From positions 1-59,609 of the forward strand of contig CAZSRC010000001.1 in NCBI GenBank assembly GCA_964609365.1: DNA of 59,609 nucleotides, in the 5' to 3' direction. The DNA is from an uncultured Gammaproteobacteria bacterium. Its GTDB lineage: Bacteria > Patescibacteriota > Patescibacteriia > Patescibacteriales > UBA12465. Every line of letters starts with the position of its first letter. The stretch's first letter is position 1. A model generated the notes under the pieces. The model had not been told where the DNA came from, did no database searches, and saw only the letters and a program-made list of their open reading frames with translations. The translations under genes were made by a program, and so were the position numbers. Shown piece by piece: positions 1-8,535 of the stretch.

Positions 1-363
1 TATAATTGGTATGCAGTTAATCAAGTAGATCTTTGTCCAACAGGATGGCACGTACCATCTGATACTGAATTTACAACTTTAACAGATTATTTAGGAGGAG
101 AATCTGTTGCTGGAACTGCTTTAAAGACAGATTCTTGGGGTGGCAATAATAGTTCAAGTTTTACAGCCTTGCCAGCCGGTGGCCGTCTGCACGATGGTGA
201 TTTCGATAGTCTTAGTAGTTTCACTAGGTTCTGGTCTTCATCGGAGAGCGAAGTTCTTGATTTTTCTTGGCTCCGTTACTTGTCTTCAGGCAATTCCGGA
301 GTCTATCGTAGCGTTGACGGTCAGGCTTTTGGTTTTTCGGCTCGTTGCTTGAGAACTGAATAA
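1..363 (+). CDS. C-terminal fragment (5' end outside window) of a FISUMP/DUF1566-type C-type-lectin-fold surface protein
   Basis: Frame 1 is open from nt 1 to TAA 361-363. The translation YNWYAVNQVDLCPTGWHVPSDTEFTTLTDYLGG...FWSSSE...GFSARCLRTE carries the 'CP.GWH.PS..E...L', 'WSS' and terminal 'G.S.RCL' hallmarks of Fibrobacter-paralogous/DUF1566 domains. Confidence 0.6.
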   Translation, partial: YNWYAVNQVDLCPTGWHVPSDTEFTTLTDYLGGESVAGTALKTDSWGGNNSSSFTALPAGGRLHDGDFDSLSSFTRFWSSSESEVLDFSWLRYLSSGNSGVYRSVDGQAFGFSARCLRTE

Positions 364-405
364 ATAAGCAATCCTTGCTCAGTAAGTTAAAACACTTCTT
401 AAAAG

Positions 406-432
406 CAAACATTTGAACAATGTTTGTTTTTT
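406..432 (+). terminator. Rho-independent terminator after the lectin-fold gene
   Basis: 8-bp stem caaacatt/aatgtttg (406-413 / 419-426), 5-nt loop, followed by a T-run at 427-432. Confidence 0.6.
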
Positions 433-504
433 TAAATAGTTTATTTTTAAATATTTATAAAATTATTATAAAAGCTTTTTATGGGTGTATATTAGCGCTA
501 AGTA

Positions 505-533
505 TTGACATTTTTTTGTTTATATGATATAAT
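505..533 (+). promoter_or_regulatory. Consensus sigma70-type promoter (TTGACA-N17-TATAAT)
   Basis: TTGACA at 505-510, exact 17-nt spacer, TATAAT at 528-533. It lies 87 nt upstream of ATG 620. Confidence 0.6.
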
Positions 534-619
534 AATATATTACAATTTAAAATAATATAAATAAATATTTGAAAAATTTGTTTTTTTATCCAAAAAATCA
601 ATTTTTTAAAAAAAATAAT

Positions 620-1987
620 ATGAAAAAATTAATCTTATTTTTATTTTTAGTGGCTGCTGTTGTTGCATTTACTTCAATTCCAGCAAAAACAAAAGTAAAA
701 TCTTATTATTCGGGTGATGCTTTAAATTTTAATAATAAATTAATTGTTGCCTCAACTGATAGCGAGAGTCTAGAGTTGTTTAGTCTTGATGGGGAAAAAT
801 TAAATCTTAAATCTAAAATTAGACCTTTTGATCTTAGATTTAATAAGGATGATAGTTTTTATGGTGTAAAACTTAATATTGAAAATGGTCGTTTATACGC
901 TTATGCTATATCAGGATTTTCTATTTATAAATATGATTTTACTAACTTATCTGATCCAGTTTTAGTTAAGGAGTCTAAAAATACTTATTGGGAGTGGTAT
1001 AATAAAGTTGATAAATTTGGCGACAATATAGTAACTGTTAGTGCTAAAGGAGTTAAGGTTTATAATCAAGACCTAGAAATTATAGATAGTTATGAGCTAA
1101 ACAATGAGGTCCCTTATAACATATCTTCAGGTGGTAATAAAAATTTAATCTTTAGCTTGAATGGAGATAAAAATGAAATAAGTGTTTTTGATAGAAATCA
1201 AAGAAAAATTGTCTCCAATTTACAAATAAATTTTTACGGAGGTCAAAATAATAGAGCAATATATTATGATGCTTATGATGATAACGTCTATTTTTCTGAT
1301 GATCGTTCTGTAAAAAAAGTCGGATTAAATGGAGCTTTGAAGGGTTATTTTGAGCACTTAGGATATCCTGGATATGATGTCAGTTCCTCTAATAATGAAT
1401 TTTTATATTTTGCTAATGGATTAGGTGTTGTTAAGTTGAGAAAATCAGATATGTCCGTTGTTTCATCTCTTAGAACTGGTGGCGTAGTGCTTCCTGAAGG
1501 TTGGGCTATGGGCCTTAAGGCTGTGGCGATGCCAGGATCAGAAAGGGTTGTTGTTTTTAATAATTCTAGTATTTTGATCTTGAACTCTGATTTAAGAGTT
1601 TTAAGTCATTTTGCCGCTGGTCAAGATGATAAGGTTTATGCTAAAGAAAATTTATTCTTAAATTTAAGCTCCTCCTTTATTGATAGTGGAAGTGAATTTC
1701 AAGTTAGTGGAGGTGGTTTTTTACCAAAAGAAGACTTAGTTATAAAATTTTATAATCAAGAACACAAGATAAAAGCTGATAATGAAGGAAGGTTTACTAA
1801 AGTTTTGAACTCACCAGAATTATCAAATAGCAACTCTAGAAATAAAGTTTTTTCTCAAAGTCAAAATGAAAATGGTATGCAAATTCAAAACATATCAGAA
1901 AGAACTGATGTGAAAGTTAATGGAGAAAAATCAGGATTTACTTATAGCACCAGTTTAGAGATTAGGGATTTAGTAATAGTTAATTAA
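620..1987 (+). CDS. Secreted or membrane-anchored hypothetical protein, possible LVIVD-like beta-propeller repeats
   Basis: The track ORF 569-1987 starts at TTG. The first ATG (620) gives MKKLILFLFLVAAVVAFTS, a signal or anchor sequence. Segments such as LYAYAISGFSIYKYDFTNLSDPVLV and LYFANGLGVVKL weakly resemble LVIVD repeats. Confidence 0.55.
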   Translation: MKKLILFLFLVAAVVAFTSIPAKTKVKSYYSGDALNFNNKLIVASTDSESLELFSLDGEKLNLKSKIRPFDLRFNKDDSFYGVKLNIENGRLYAYAISGFSIYKYDFTNLSDPVLVKESKNTYWEWYNKVDKFGDNIVTVSAKGVKVYNQDLEIIDSYELNNEVPYNISSGGNKNLIFSLNGDKNEISVFDRNQRKIVSNLQINFYGGQNNRAIYYDAYDDNVYFSDDRSVKKVGLNGALKGYFEHLGYPGYDVSSSNNEFLYFANGLGVVKLRKSDMSVVSSLRTGGVVLPEGWAMGLKAVAMPGSERVVVFNNSSILILNSDLRVLSHFAAGQDDKVYAKENLFLNLSSSFIDSGSEFQVSGGGFLPKEDLVIKFYNQEHKIKADNEGRFTKVLNSPELSNSNSRNKVFSQSQNENGMQIQNISERTDVKVNGEKSGFTYSTSLEIRDLVIVN

Positions 1988-2066
1988 TAACTTTTAAATA
2001 GTTTTATTTCTCTGTCTATTATGTTATAATAATAGACAGAATAAATAAAATTAATTTTTAAAAATT

Positions 2067-2858
2067 ATGGACTTAGTTAATTTAATTAGACAAAAACGTC
2101 AAACTTTGATTTCTATTTTTTTGATATTTTTTGTTATTGGGTTGTTTGTTGTTTTAACACAAGATTTCAAGTATGGAAGTAAATCAAAGATATTAGTTAT
2201 TCAAGAGGGAGCTGGTAGGGTTGACCCCTTTGCTGTCTCTAGATCAGTAGAGTATTTATCTGGATTATTTACTAGAGTTATTCAATCTAATTCTTTTTTT
2301 GAGTCTGTAATGCAGTCTGATTTTAATATTAATAAAGATTATTTTGGTCAAAGTTCCATTAAGCAGATGAAGATCTGGAGAAAGACTGTTTCCGCTAAAA
2401 GCTCTGATGATTCTGGTATTATAAATATTAACGTGTATCATAAAGATAATTATCAGGCTACTCAAATAGCGCTTGCAGTAAATCATGTTTTGATTAATAA
2501 GCACCAATCTTTTCATGGACTAGGAAGCTCCGTAAAGATAAGTGTCATTGATCAGCCTTTAGCATCAACTTATCCCGTTAAACCAAATTTAATTTTTAGT
2601 TTATTGTTAATAATAGCCTTGAGTTTATTTTTTGGTTTAGTATATGCTTATCTTTTTCCAGAAAAAAAATATGATTTAAATTTTTTTTCTAATAATAAAA
2701 TAAAAAATAAAAAATCATCCATAAATCAAAATCGAGATATTAACAATAACCCAATTAATATAAATGTTAATAGGTCAGAACAATCCGTTAATCCAAGTAA
2801 GAAAAATAATTATGAAGAGATTAAAAATTCTGGAAATATTAACAATTTATTTGAGTAA
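2067..2858 (+). CDS. Wzz/GumC-like polysaccharide chain-length determinant family membrane protein
   Basis: Has an N-terminal TM (LISIFLIFFVIGLFVVL), a 'KILVIQE', 'SNSFFESV' and 'IININVYHKDNYQATQIALAV' core, and a C-terminal 'P.KPNLIFSLLLIIALSLFFGLVYAYLF' TM. This is the typical Wzz two-TM topology. An N-rich low-complexity tail follows. Confidence 0.5.
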   Translation: MDLVNLIRQKRQTLISIFLIFFVIGLFVVLTQDFKYGSKSKILVIQEGAGRVDPFAVSRSVEYLSGLFTRVIQSNSFFESVMQSDFNINKDYFGQSSIKQMKIWRKTVSAKSSDDSGIININVYHKDNYQATQIALAVNHVLINKHQSFHGLGSSVKISVIDQPLASTYPVKPNLIFSLLLIIALSLFFGLVYAYLFPEKKYDLNFFSNNKIKNKKSSINQNRDINNNPININVNRSEQSVNPSKKNNYEEIKNSGNINNLFE

Positions 2859-2867
2859 ACTTAACTA

Positions 2868-2896
2868 TTGACATAAATTTTTATTTATGTTATAAT
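2868..2896 (+). promoter_or_regulatory. Consensus promoter with extended -10 (TTGACA-N17-TGnTATAAT)
   Basis: TTGACA at 2868-2873, 17-nt spacer ending in TGT, TATAAT at 2891-2896. Upstream of the CDS at 3009. Confidence 0.6.
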
Positions 2897-3008
2897 ATTA
2901 TATTAGTTCATTAAAATCAAAATTATGATTAATACTGAAAAGATCTTTATTTTTGGAGTTTTTCTTAGTATTAATCATAGTAAAAAATAAAAAAACGGAG
3001 GATATATC

Positions 3009-3824
3009 ATGAAAAAGTTATCAGTATTATTATTGTTTGTGCCCTTATTTATTTTTGGGCAACAAGGAGAACCTCAGATGGTATCCTTGAAATATGACGG
3101 TGTTTTATCAGTTAGGGATCAGTATGTAGCAGGGATTGATACCTTGGTTAAACCAGGATCATTTTCTGAAAATACTGGAAGTATAGTGGTGTTTTTTAAC
3201 GAATCAATTTTTCAAATTGGAGCATTTGCTTCTTTTTCCGAAAGATCTGGATTAGTTAAAGAATTTAACGCTAACATTTCCAGAGATTATAACGCTGGAG
3301 TTTTGAGCAGAATTAGTCTCAGCTCAAGTGATCTAGTCTTGGGTCTTGGATATTTTAGCAACAGTTTAGTTGATTATGGTTATAACGAGAGTTATAATGT
3401 CTTCAGGGACACTATTAGTTCTCATGGACTAGTGGTTCCAGCTAATATTATTATTAGCCAGGAAGAGTTTAAACTTTTTCCTAAATTAAAGGGAAGTGCT
3501 AATGCAAGTTTTTCCTTTTCCGATAAATTTTCGGATAAAATGTTTGATAAAGAGAAAAATAAAATTAATTTTTCTTTAGAGGCAAATGTTTACCGAGTTG
3601 ACTTGCTTGCAGGCGATTTTTACCTTTCACCAACCTTCGGTTTTTCCAAAAATGAACATTTTTCTAATTTGAGTTACGGCTTAGTCCTAGCTTCAAACCA
3701 GAGAAGATTGGATATTGTAAAAATATCTTATTTTAATGAAGTTTTTGGAAGCGGTATCAAGGGAATAGAGGGAGTTTCTCTTACTGTTGACTTAGGTGCT
3801 TTAATTAGCATCTTTGTAGAATAG
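3009..3824 (+). CDS. Secreted hypothetical protein
   Basis: Strong SD (GGAGG) 6 nt before the ATG. N-terminal signal-like MKKLSVLLLFVPLFIFG. No recognisable domain. Confidence 0.6.
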   Translation: MKKLSVLLLFVPLFIFGQQGEPQMVSLKYDGVLSVRDQYVAGIDTLVKPGSFSENTGSIVVFFNESIFQIGAFASFSERSGLVKEFNANISRDYNAGVLSRISLSSSDLVLGLGYFSNSLVDYGYNESYNVFRDTISSHGLVVPANIIISQEEFKLFPKLKGSANASFSFSDKFSDKMFDKEKNKINFSLEANVYRVDLLAGDFYLSPTFGFSKNEHFSNLSYGLVLASNQRRLDIVKISYFNEVFGSGIKGIEGVSLTVDLGALISIFVE

Positions 3825-3850
3825 CTCTATCATCCTCTGCCTAAAAATAT

Positions 3851-3879
3851 AAAACCTTTGAGCAATCAAAGGTTTTTTT
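3851..3879 (+). terminator. Rho-independent terminator
   Basis: Stem aacctttga/tcaaaggtt (3853-3861 / 3866-3874), GCAA loop, then a T-run. Confidence 0.6.
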
Positions 3880-3884
3880 AATAC

Positions 3885-3910
3885 AAAAAAAGAATCTTTT
3901 TAAAGATTCT
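3885..3910 (-). terminator. Rho-independent terminator of rpmA
   Basis: Inverted repeat agaatcttt/aaagattct at 3891-3910. On the minus strand it is followed by a T-run (plus-strand A-run 3885-3890). Confidence 0.55.
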
Positions 3911-3929
3911 CTTTTTTATTTTTTCAAAT

Positions 3930-4208
3930 TTATTGCTTAACTACGTTGACTATTTTACTTTTTACTAATTTTCCATCAAATTTCATTAGCTTTTTACTTT
4001 TAAATTTGACAACCCCCTTGCTTGTAGCAAAAAGTGTATCATCTTTACCTTTTTTTACATTTTCCCCGGGATGATACTTTGTTCCTCTTTGTCTAATAAT
4101 AATAGAGCCAATTTTAGCACCTTGGCCATCTGATAACTTTACTCCTAATCTTTTACTATGGGAATCACGTCCCAGGGTGGTAGATCCACCCGATTTCTTT
4201 GTTGCCAT
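3930..4208 (-). CDS. rpmA: 50S ribosomal protein L27
   Basis: [24 protein letters not shown]...[16 protein letters not shown]...DTLFA is the canonical L27 signature. Confidence 0.95.
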   Translation of the reverse strand: MATKKSGGSTTLGRDSHSKRLGVKLSDGQGAKIGSIIIRQRGTKYHPGENVKKGKDDTLFATSKGVVKFKSKKLMKFDGKLVKSKIVNVVKQ

Positions 4209-4251
4209 ATTTTTCTTTAATTATTTATATATTTATTATTTATACTTGTAT

Positions 4252-4280
4252 AATATATCAAAATTAGATTAGCTTGTCAA
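4252..4280 (-). promoter_or_regulatory. rpmA promoter (TTGACA-N17-TATATT on minus strand)
   Basis: Minus-strand TTGACA at 4280-4275, 17-nt spacer, TATATT at 4257-4252. A second identical -35-containing 14-mer lies 19 bp further upstream. Confidence 0.5.
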
Positions 4281-4386
4281 TTGTTTATTAGCTTGTCAAT
4301 ATTTTATAATTATAGTATAATTTTAATAGATTTAATTAATTAATTTGTATTTATAATTATTATAAATAATTATAAATTTTATATCT

Positions 4387-4563
4387 ATGTCAATAAAAGT
4401 AGAGCAAGATAAATGTATAGGATGTGGTATGTGTGTGAATATGTGCCCAAAAGTTTTTAAAATAAATTCATCTGGAAAATCAGAGGTAATTAGTCAGCAA
4501 GATTCTGATTGTGCTAGAAATGCTGCTAATAGTTGTCCGGTTGAAGCCATTATAGTAAATTAA
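4387..4563 (+). CDS. Small single-cluster [4Fe-4S]/[3Fe-4S] ferredoxin (58 aa, below the ORF-track size cut-off)
   Basis: My own translation is MSIKVEQDKCIGCGMCVNMCPKVFKINSSGKSEVISQQDSDCARNAANSCPVEAIIVN*. It has CxxCxxCxxxCP plus a distal C...CP, colinear with Thermotoga/Pyrococcus-type ferredoxins. The stop lies 1 nt before the next ATG. Confidence 0.8.
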   Translation: MSIKVEQDKCIGCGMCVNMCPKVFKINSSGKSEVISQQDSDCARNAANSCPVEAIIVN

Positions 4564-4564
4564 T

Positions 4565-5074
4565 ATGCCACAAGACTTGAATAAAGGCTTCGATTCTGAA
4601 AAAATTGAAGATATTTTAAATAGTAAGGTGGAGACAGGACCATCTCCGGAAAATCAAGATTTATCTAAGGAGGACTTATTTGAGTCAGAGTCTTTTGATT
4701 TTGAAAAAACTGGAGAAGACTCAAAGCCATTGGAGAAAACAGGGGAAAAACTTTCTATTAAGCTTCCAGTCAGAAAAAATTTAAAAATCAATAGCCCAGA
4801 AGAGGAGAGGAAAAAAGAAATTGATAAAATTTTAGCCGATGGTTTAAATGAAGTTTTTTTAAAGATGAGCCCTGTTCAACAAAAAAAATTTAAAGAAGGG
4901 GGTGATGAAACCGTTAAAAAAATAAATAAACTATTAGAGGGGACAAAAATAAAAATTAGTAAAATAATTAATTTAATTAGAGCTTGGCTTAAATTAATTC
5001 CTGGTGTTAATAAATATTTTTTAGAGCAGGAAGCTAAAATTAAAGCTGATAGAATAGTTCAATTAAAGAAATAA
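4565..5074 (+). CDS. Hypothetical acidic/coiled protein, translationally linked to the downstream ATPase
   Basis: 169-aa ORF with a 2-nt gap to CDS 5077. E/K-rich, with a C-terminal amphipathic segment IINLIRAWLKLIPGV. No recognised domain. Confidence 0.55.
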   Translation: MPQDLNKGFDSEKIEDILNSKVETGPSPENQDLSKEDLFESESFDFEKTGEDSKPLEKTGEKLSIKLPVRKNLKINSPEEERKKEIDKILADGLNEVFLKMSPVQQKKFKEGGDETVKKINKLLEGTKIKISKIINLIRAWLKLIPGVNKYFLEQEAKIKADRIVQLKK

Positions 5075-5076
5075 AT

Positions 5077-7638
5077 ATGAATAATGATATTAGTTCTCAA
5101 ATTGCTCTTGAGGGAGAGGTGCTTATTCAAAGTAATCTAAATTATTTATATTGGATTGCTTTTTTTGTTTTTGTTTTTTTACTTTTATATTTATTGAGAT
5201 ATTTTGTAAAATATTTTTCAGTTAGAAGTAAAGATAATTCTAATATTATTTTTTCAGTTCGCCTACCAAAGGAAAAACCAAAAGATCAGGACAGGGAATT
5301 GAGCATACAACAATTGAGAGAGGAGATAGCTAAAGGGGAGACTGTTTTTTCTAGTATTGGTGGTTTAAAAGCTGAAAGAGGTTTTGTGTCTTGGTTTTTT
5401 GGAAGAAAAGATAATTTTTCCTTTGAAATAGTATCAAATAAGGGAAAAATTTCTTTTTATGTAACTGCCCCTAAAAGTAAATCACTTTATTTAGAGCAGC
5501 AAATACACGCTCATTATCCAGAGGCTTCAATTGAGGCTGTTGAGGATTATAATGCTTTTAATTCCCAAGGATCAGTTTTAGCAGCTTATTTTAAAGCTAA
5601 GAGGAGTTTTGTGTTTCCTTTTCTTGATTATACCGACATGGAACATGATCCAATGAATTCATTAATAAATGTCATGTCCAAGTTAGAAAATAATGAAAGT
5701 ATTGCTATTCAATATGTTGTTAGAAGTGCAAAGAAAGATTGGCATGCAAAAATAAAAAGCTCTGTACAGAATGCTTATAAAAATAATGATGTTAGTCAAA
5801 TATTTAAAGCCAGTGGCTCAGCTTTTCATAATAGTATAAATTTTGTTATTTATGATGTTATTTTGGGAGCTTTAAATATTGGACAACCAGATAAAAAACC
5901 AGAAGATTCTGCAAACAAAAAAGAATTAACAGAAAAAGAAAGAGAGATGTTAAAAAAAATGGAGCAAAAAAATTCTAAATCAGGACTAGATGTAAATCTC
6001 AGAATTGTTGTTAGTGCTAATACTCAAGAAAAAACTAAACTTTATTTTGATAATATTAGTAGCGCTTTTAGCGAATATACTTATTATCAGTACGGTAATT
6101 CTTTTTATCAATATGATAATTCTATTTATTCTAAAATAAAAAGAAGTATTAACAAGCAATTAAAGCAAGAAAGACTAGTTAGTAGTTTTATATATAGACA
6201 GTTTATTGAATCACAAAGTTTTTTATTGAGCACACAAGAATTAGTTAGTATGTTTCATTTTCCACTACCTCATACTGAAACTCCAAATATTGATTGGCTC
6301 ACAGCAAAATCAGCTCCGGCTCCTAATAATATTCCCAAGGAGGGAGTTACATTGGGCTTTAATGTTTTTAGAGGACAGAAAACTGATGTTAAAATAAAAT
6401 CGATTGATCGCCGTCGCCATATGTATATTATTGGTAAATCTGGTACTGGTAAATCTGTTTTATTGAATAATTTAGCTATTCAAGATATTCAAAATGGTCA
6501 TGGAGTTTGTGTTATGGATCCAAACGGTGATTTAATTGAGGATATTTTAAATAGAGTTCCTCCAGAGAGAGCTGATGATGTAGTTGTTTTTTCTCCCGCA
6601 GATACCCAAAGGCCAATTGGTTTAAATCTATTAGAATATGATCCTCGTTATCCAGAGCAAAAAACTTTTGTTATTAATGAAATGATTGGAATCTTTGATA
6701 AATTATATGATCTAAAGGCAACTGGTGGACCTATGTTTGAGCAGTATATGAGAAATGCCTTATTACTTATCATGGATAGTCCAGAAACCGGTTCAACTTT
6801 AATGGAAATATCAAAAGTTTTAGCTGACGAAGATTTTAGAAGAATGAAAATAAAGCTTTGTAAAAATAAAACTGTAGTTGATTTTTGGCAAAAAGAAGCC
6901 GAAAAAGCTGGTGGAGAGGCTGCTCTAGCTAATATGGTCCCTTATATAACCTCTAAATTAACACCATTTGTCTCTAATGATATGATGATGCCTATCATTG
7001 GTCAGCAAAACAGTGCTTTTAATTTTAGAGATTTGATGGATAGTCAGAAAATATTAATGGTTGACCTTCCTAAGGGTTCCATTGGAGAGTCAAATGCCTA
7101 TTTATTAGGTATGATTATTGTTGGAAAAATATTAATGGCAGCATTATCTAGAACTGATATACCACAAGAACAAAGAAAGGATTTTTATTTATATATCGAT
7201 GAGTTTCAAAATTTTACTACTAATTCTATTTGCCAAATTTTATCTGAGGCTAGAAAATATGCTTTATGTTTGAATATTGCCCATCAATACATCGGTCAGC
7301 TTAGTAAAAATAATGATAATCAAATTAAGGATGCCGTTTTTGGTAACGTTGGAACTATGGTTAGTTTTAGAGTCGGGTCAGAAGATGCAGAATTTTTAGT
7401 TAAAGAGTATGGGCCAGTATTTAATCAATATGATTTAGTTAATGTTGGTAGAGGTGGCTTTGTTAAATTATTGGTTGATGGTCAGGCTGTTAGACCATTT
7501 TCTCTGCAAACTATTTGGCCTTTAATGGGTCAAAACAGGGAAGGCATGTCTAAGAATATCAGGGAATTAAGTCGTTATAAATATGGTCAAGATAGAGATA
7601 TTATTTTAAAAGAAATCTCACTAAGAAGTGATTTTTAA
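5077..7638 (+). CDS. Membrane-anchored VirD4/TraG/TraD-like (type IV coupling protein family) P-loop ATPase
   Basis: N-terminal TM (YLYWIAFFVFVFLLLYLL). Walker A is IIGKSGTGKSVLL and Walker B is FYLYIDEFQNF. 'ARKYALCLNIAHQYIGQL' resembles the TraG-D_C region. Confidence 0.7.
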   Translation: MNNDISSQIALEGEVLIQSNLNYLYWIAFFVFVFLLLYLLRYFVKYFSVRSKDNSNIIFSVRLPKEKPKDQDRELSIQQLREEIAKGETVFSSIGGLKAERGFVSWFFGRKDNFSFEIVSNKGKISFYVTAPKSKSLYLEQQIHAHYPEASIEAVEDYNAFNSQGSVLAAYFKAKRSFVFPFLDYTDMEHDPMNSLINVMSKLENNESIAIQYVVRSAKKDWHAKIKSSVQNAYKNNDVSQIFKASGSAFHNSINFVIYDVILGALNIGQPDKKPEDSANKKELTEKEREMLKKMEQKNSKSGLDVNLRIVVSANTQEKTKLYFDNISSAFSEYTYYQYGNSFYQYDNSIYSKIKRSINKQLKQERLVSSFIYRQFIESQSFLLSTQELVSMFHFPLPHTETPNIDWLTAKSAPAPNNIPKEGVTLGFNVFRGQKTDVKIKSIDRRRHMYIIGKSGTGKSVLLNNLAIQDIQNGHGVCVMDPNGDLIEDILNRVPPERADDVVVFSPADTQRPIGLNLLEYDPRYPEQKTFVINEMIGIFDKLYDLKATGGPMFEQYMRNALLLIMDSPETGSTLMEISKVLADEDFRRMKIKLCKNKTVVDFWQKEAEKAGGEAALANMVPYITSKLTPFVSNDMMMPIIGQQNSAFNFRDLMDSQKILMVDLPKGSIGESNAYLLGMIIVGKILMAALSRTDIPQEQRKDFYLYIDEFQNFTTNSICQILSEARKYALCLNIAHQYIGQLSKNNDNQIKDAVFGNVGTMVSFRVGSEDAEFLVKEYGPVFNQYDLVNVGRGGFVKLLVDGQAVRPFSLQTIWPLMGQNREGMSKNIRELSRYKYGQDRDIILKEISLRSDF

Positions 7639-7647
7639 TAAATAATT

Positions 7648-8463
7648 ATGGACATTATTTTATTTTTAAAGTCTTTATTGCTTGGCGCTATTCAGGGATT
7701 TACAGAATTTTTACCAATATCTTCAACAGCACATTTAATCCTGAGCGTAAATTTATTAAATATTGAGTTTAATGATTTTATTAAAAGTTTTATAATTATT
7801 ATTCAATTAGCTTCAATTTTAGCAGTTGTTTTATTTTATTTTAATAAAATCATAAAAAATATATCTTATATTAAGAAAATAATAATTGCTTTTATTCCAA
7901 CGGCTATTTTGGGGTTAGTTTTTTACAAATTTGTTAAGAATTTTTTACAAGAAAGTATTGAAATTATTGGTTTAGCCTTGTTTTTAGGTGGTCTAGCCAT
8001 GTTATTTTTAGAAAAAAAGAATAAGAAAAGGGAAGAGCAACTTTTATTAAACAATAAATCATCAGAGGGAAAAATTGAAAGCATAGAAGATATTAGTTAT
8101 AAAAATTGTTTTATTATTGGGGTGTTTCAATCACTGGCAATGATACCTGGTGTTTCTAGGTCCGCTGCAACTATTTTAGGCGGACTTTCATTGGGTATTA
8201 GTAGGCTAGCTATTGTTGAATTTTCTTTTTTGCTAGCCATACCAACAATGGCGGCGGCCTCATTTTTAGATATTATTAAAAGTGGTTTTAACTTTAGTCA
8301 TCAAGAATTTATTTTTTTGACCCTTGGCTTTATTAGCTCTTTTATTGTTTCCTGGTTTAGTATTAAGTTTTTATTGAATTTTATAAAGAAAAATAGCTTT
8401 GTTATTTTTGCTTGGTATAGAATAATAATCGGATCTTTAATTTTTTTCTTTCTTTATAGTTAA
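7648..8463 (+). CDS. uppP: Undecaprenyl-diphosphate phosphatase (BacA/UppP)
   Basis: The 'GAIQGFTEFLPISSTAHL' N-terminal motif, 'PGVSRSAATI', and polytopic membrane character. Confidence 0.9.
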   Translation: MDIILFLKSLLLGAIQGFTEFLPISSTAHLILSVNLLNIEFNDFIKSFIIIIQLASILAVVLFYFNKIIKNISYIKKIIIAFIPTAILGLVFYKFVKNFLQESIEIIGLALFLGGLAMLFLEKKNKKREEQLLLNNKSSEGKIESIEDISYKNCFIIGVFQSLAMIPGVSRSAATILGGLSLGISRLAIVEFSFLLAIPTMAAASFLDIIKSGFNFSHQEFIFLTLGFISSFIVSWFSIKFLLNFIKKNSFVIFAWYRIIIGSLIFFFLYS

Positions 8464-8485
8464 TTTTTATTAAAATATACTATAT

Positions 8486-8520
8486 AAAAAAACAGAAGCA
8501 TTTTTTGCTTCTGTTTTTTA
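8486..8520. terminator. Bidirectional rho-independent terminator between uppP(+) and rplA(-)
   Basis: 10-bp stem aacagaagca/tgcttctgtt (8491-8500 / 8506-8515), with an A-run on the left and a T-run on the right. Confidence 0.7.
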
Positions 8521-8535
8521 TATATACTCAACTAG

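Noticed and set aside
140-412. Track ORFs 140-352(+) and 224-412(-), which overlap the left-edge gene in other frames.
   Set aside because: Frame 1 is open from nt 1 and encodes a recognisable lectin-fold domain. The alternative frames give low-complexity, domain-less peptides.
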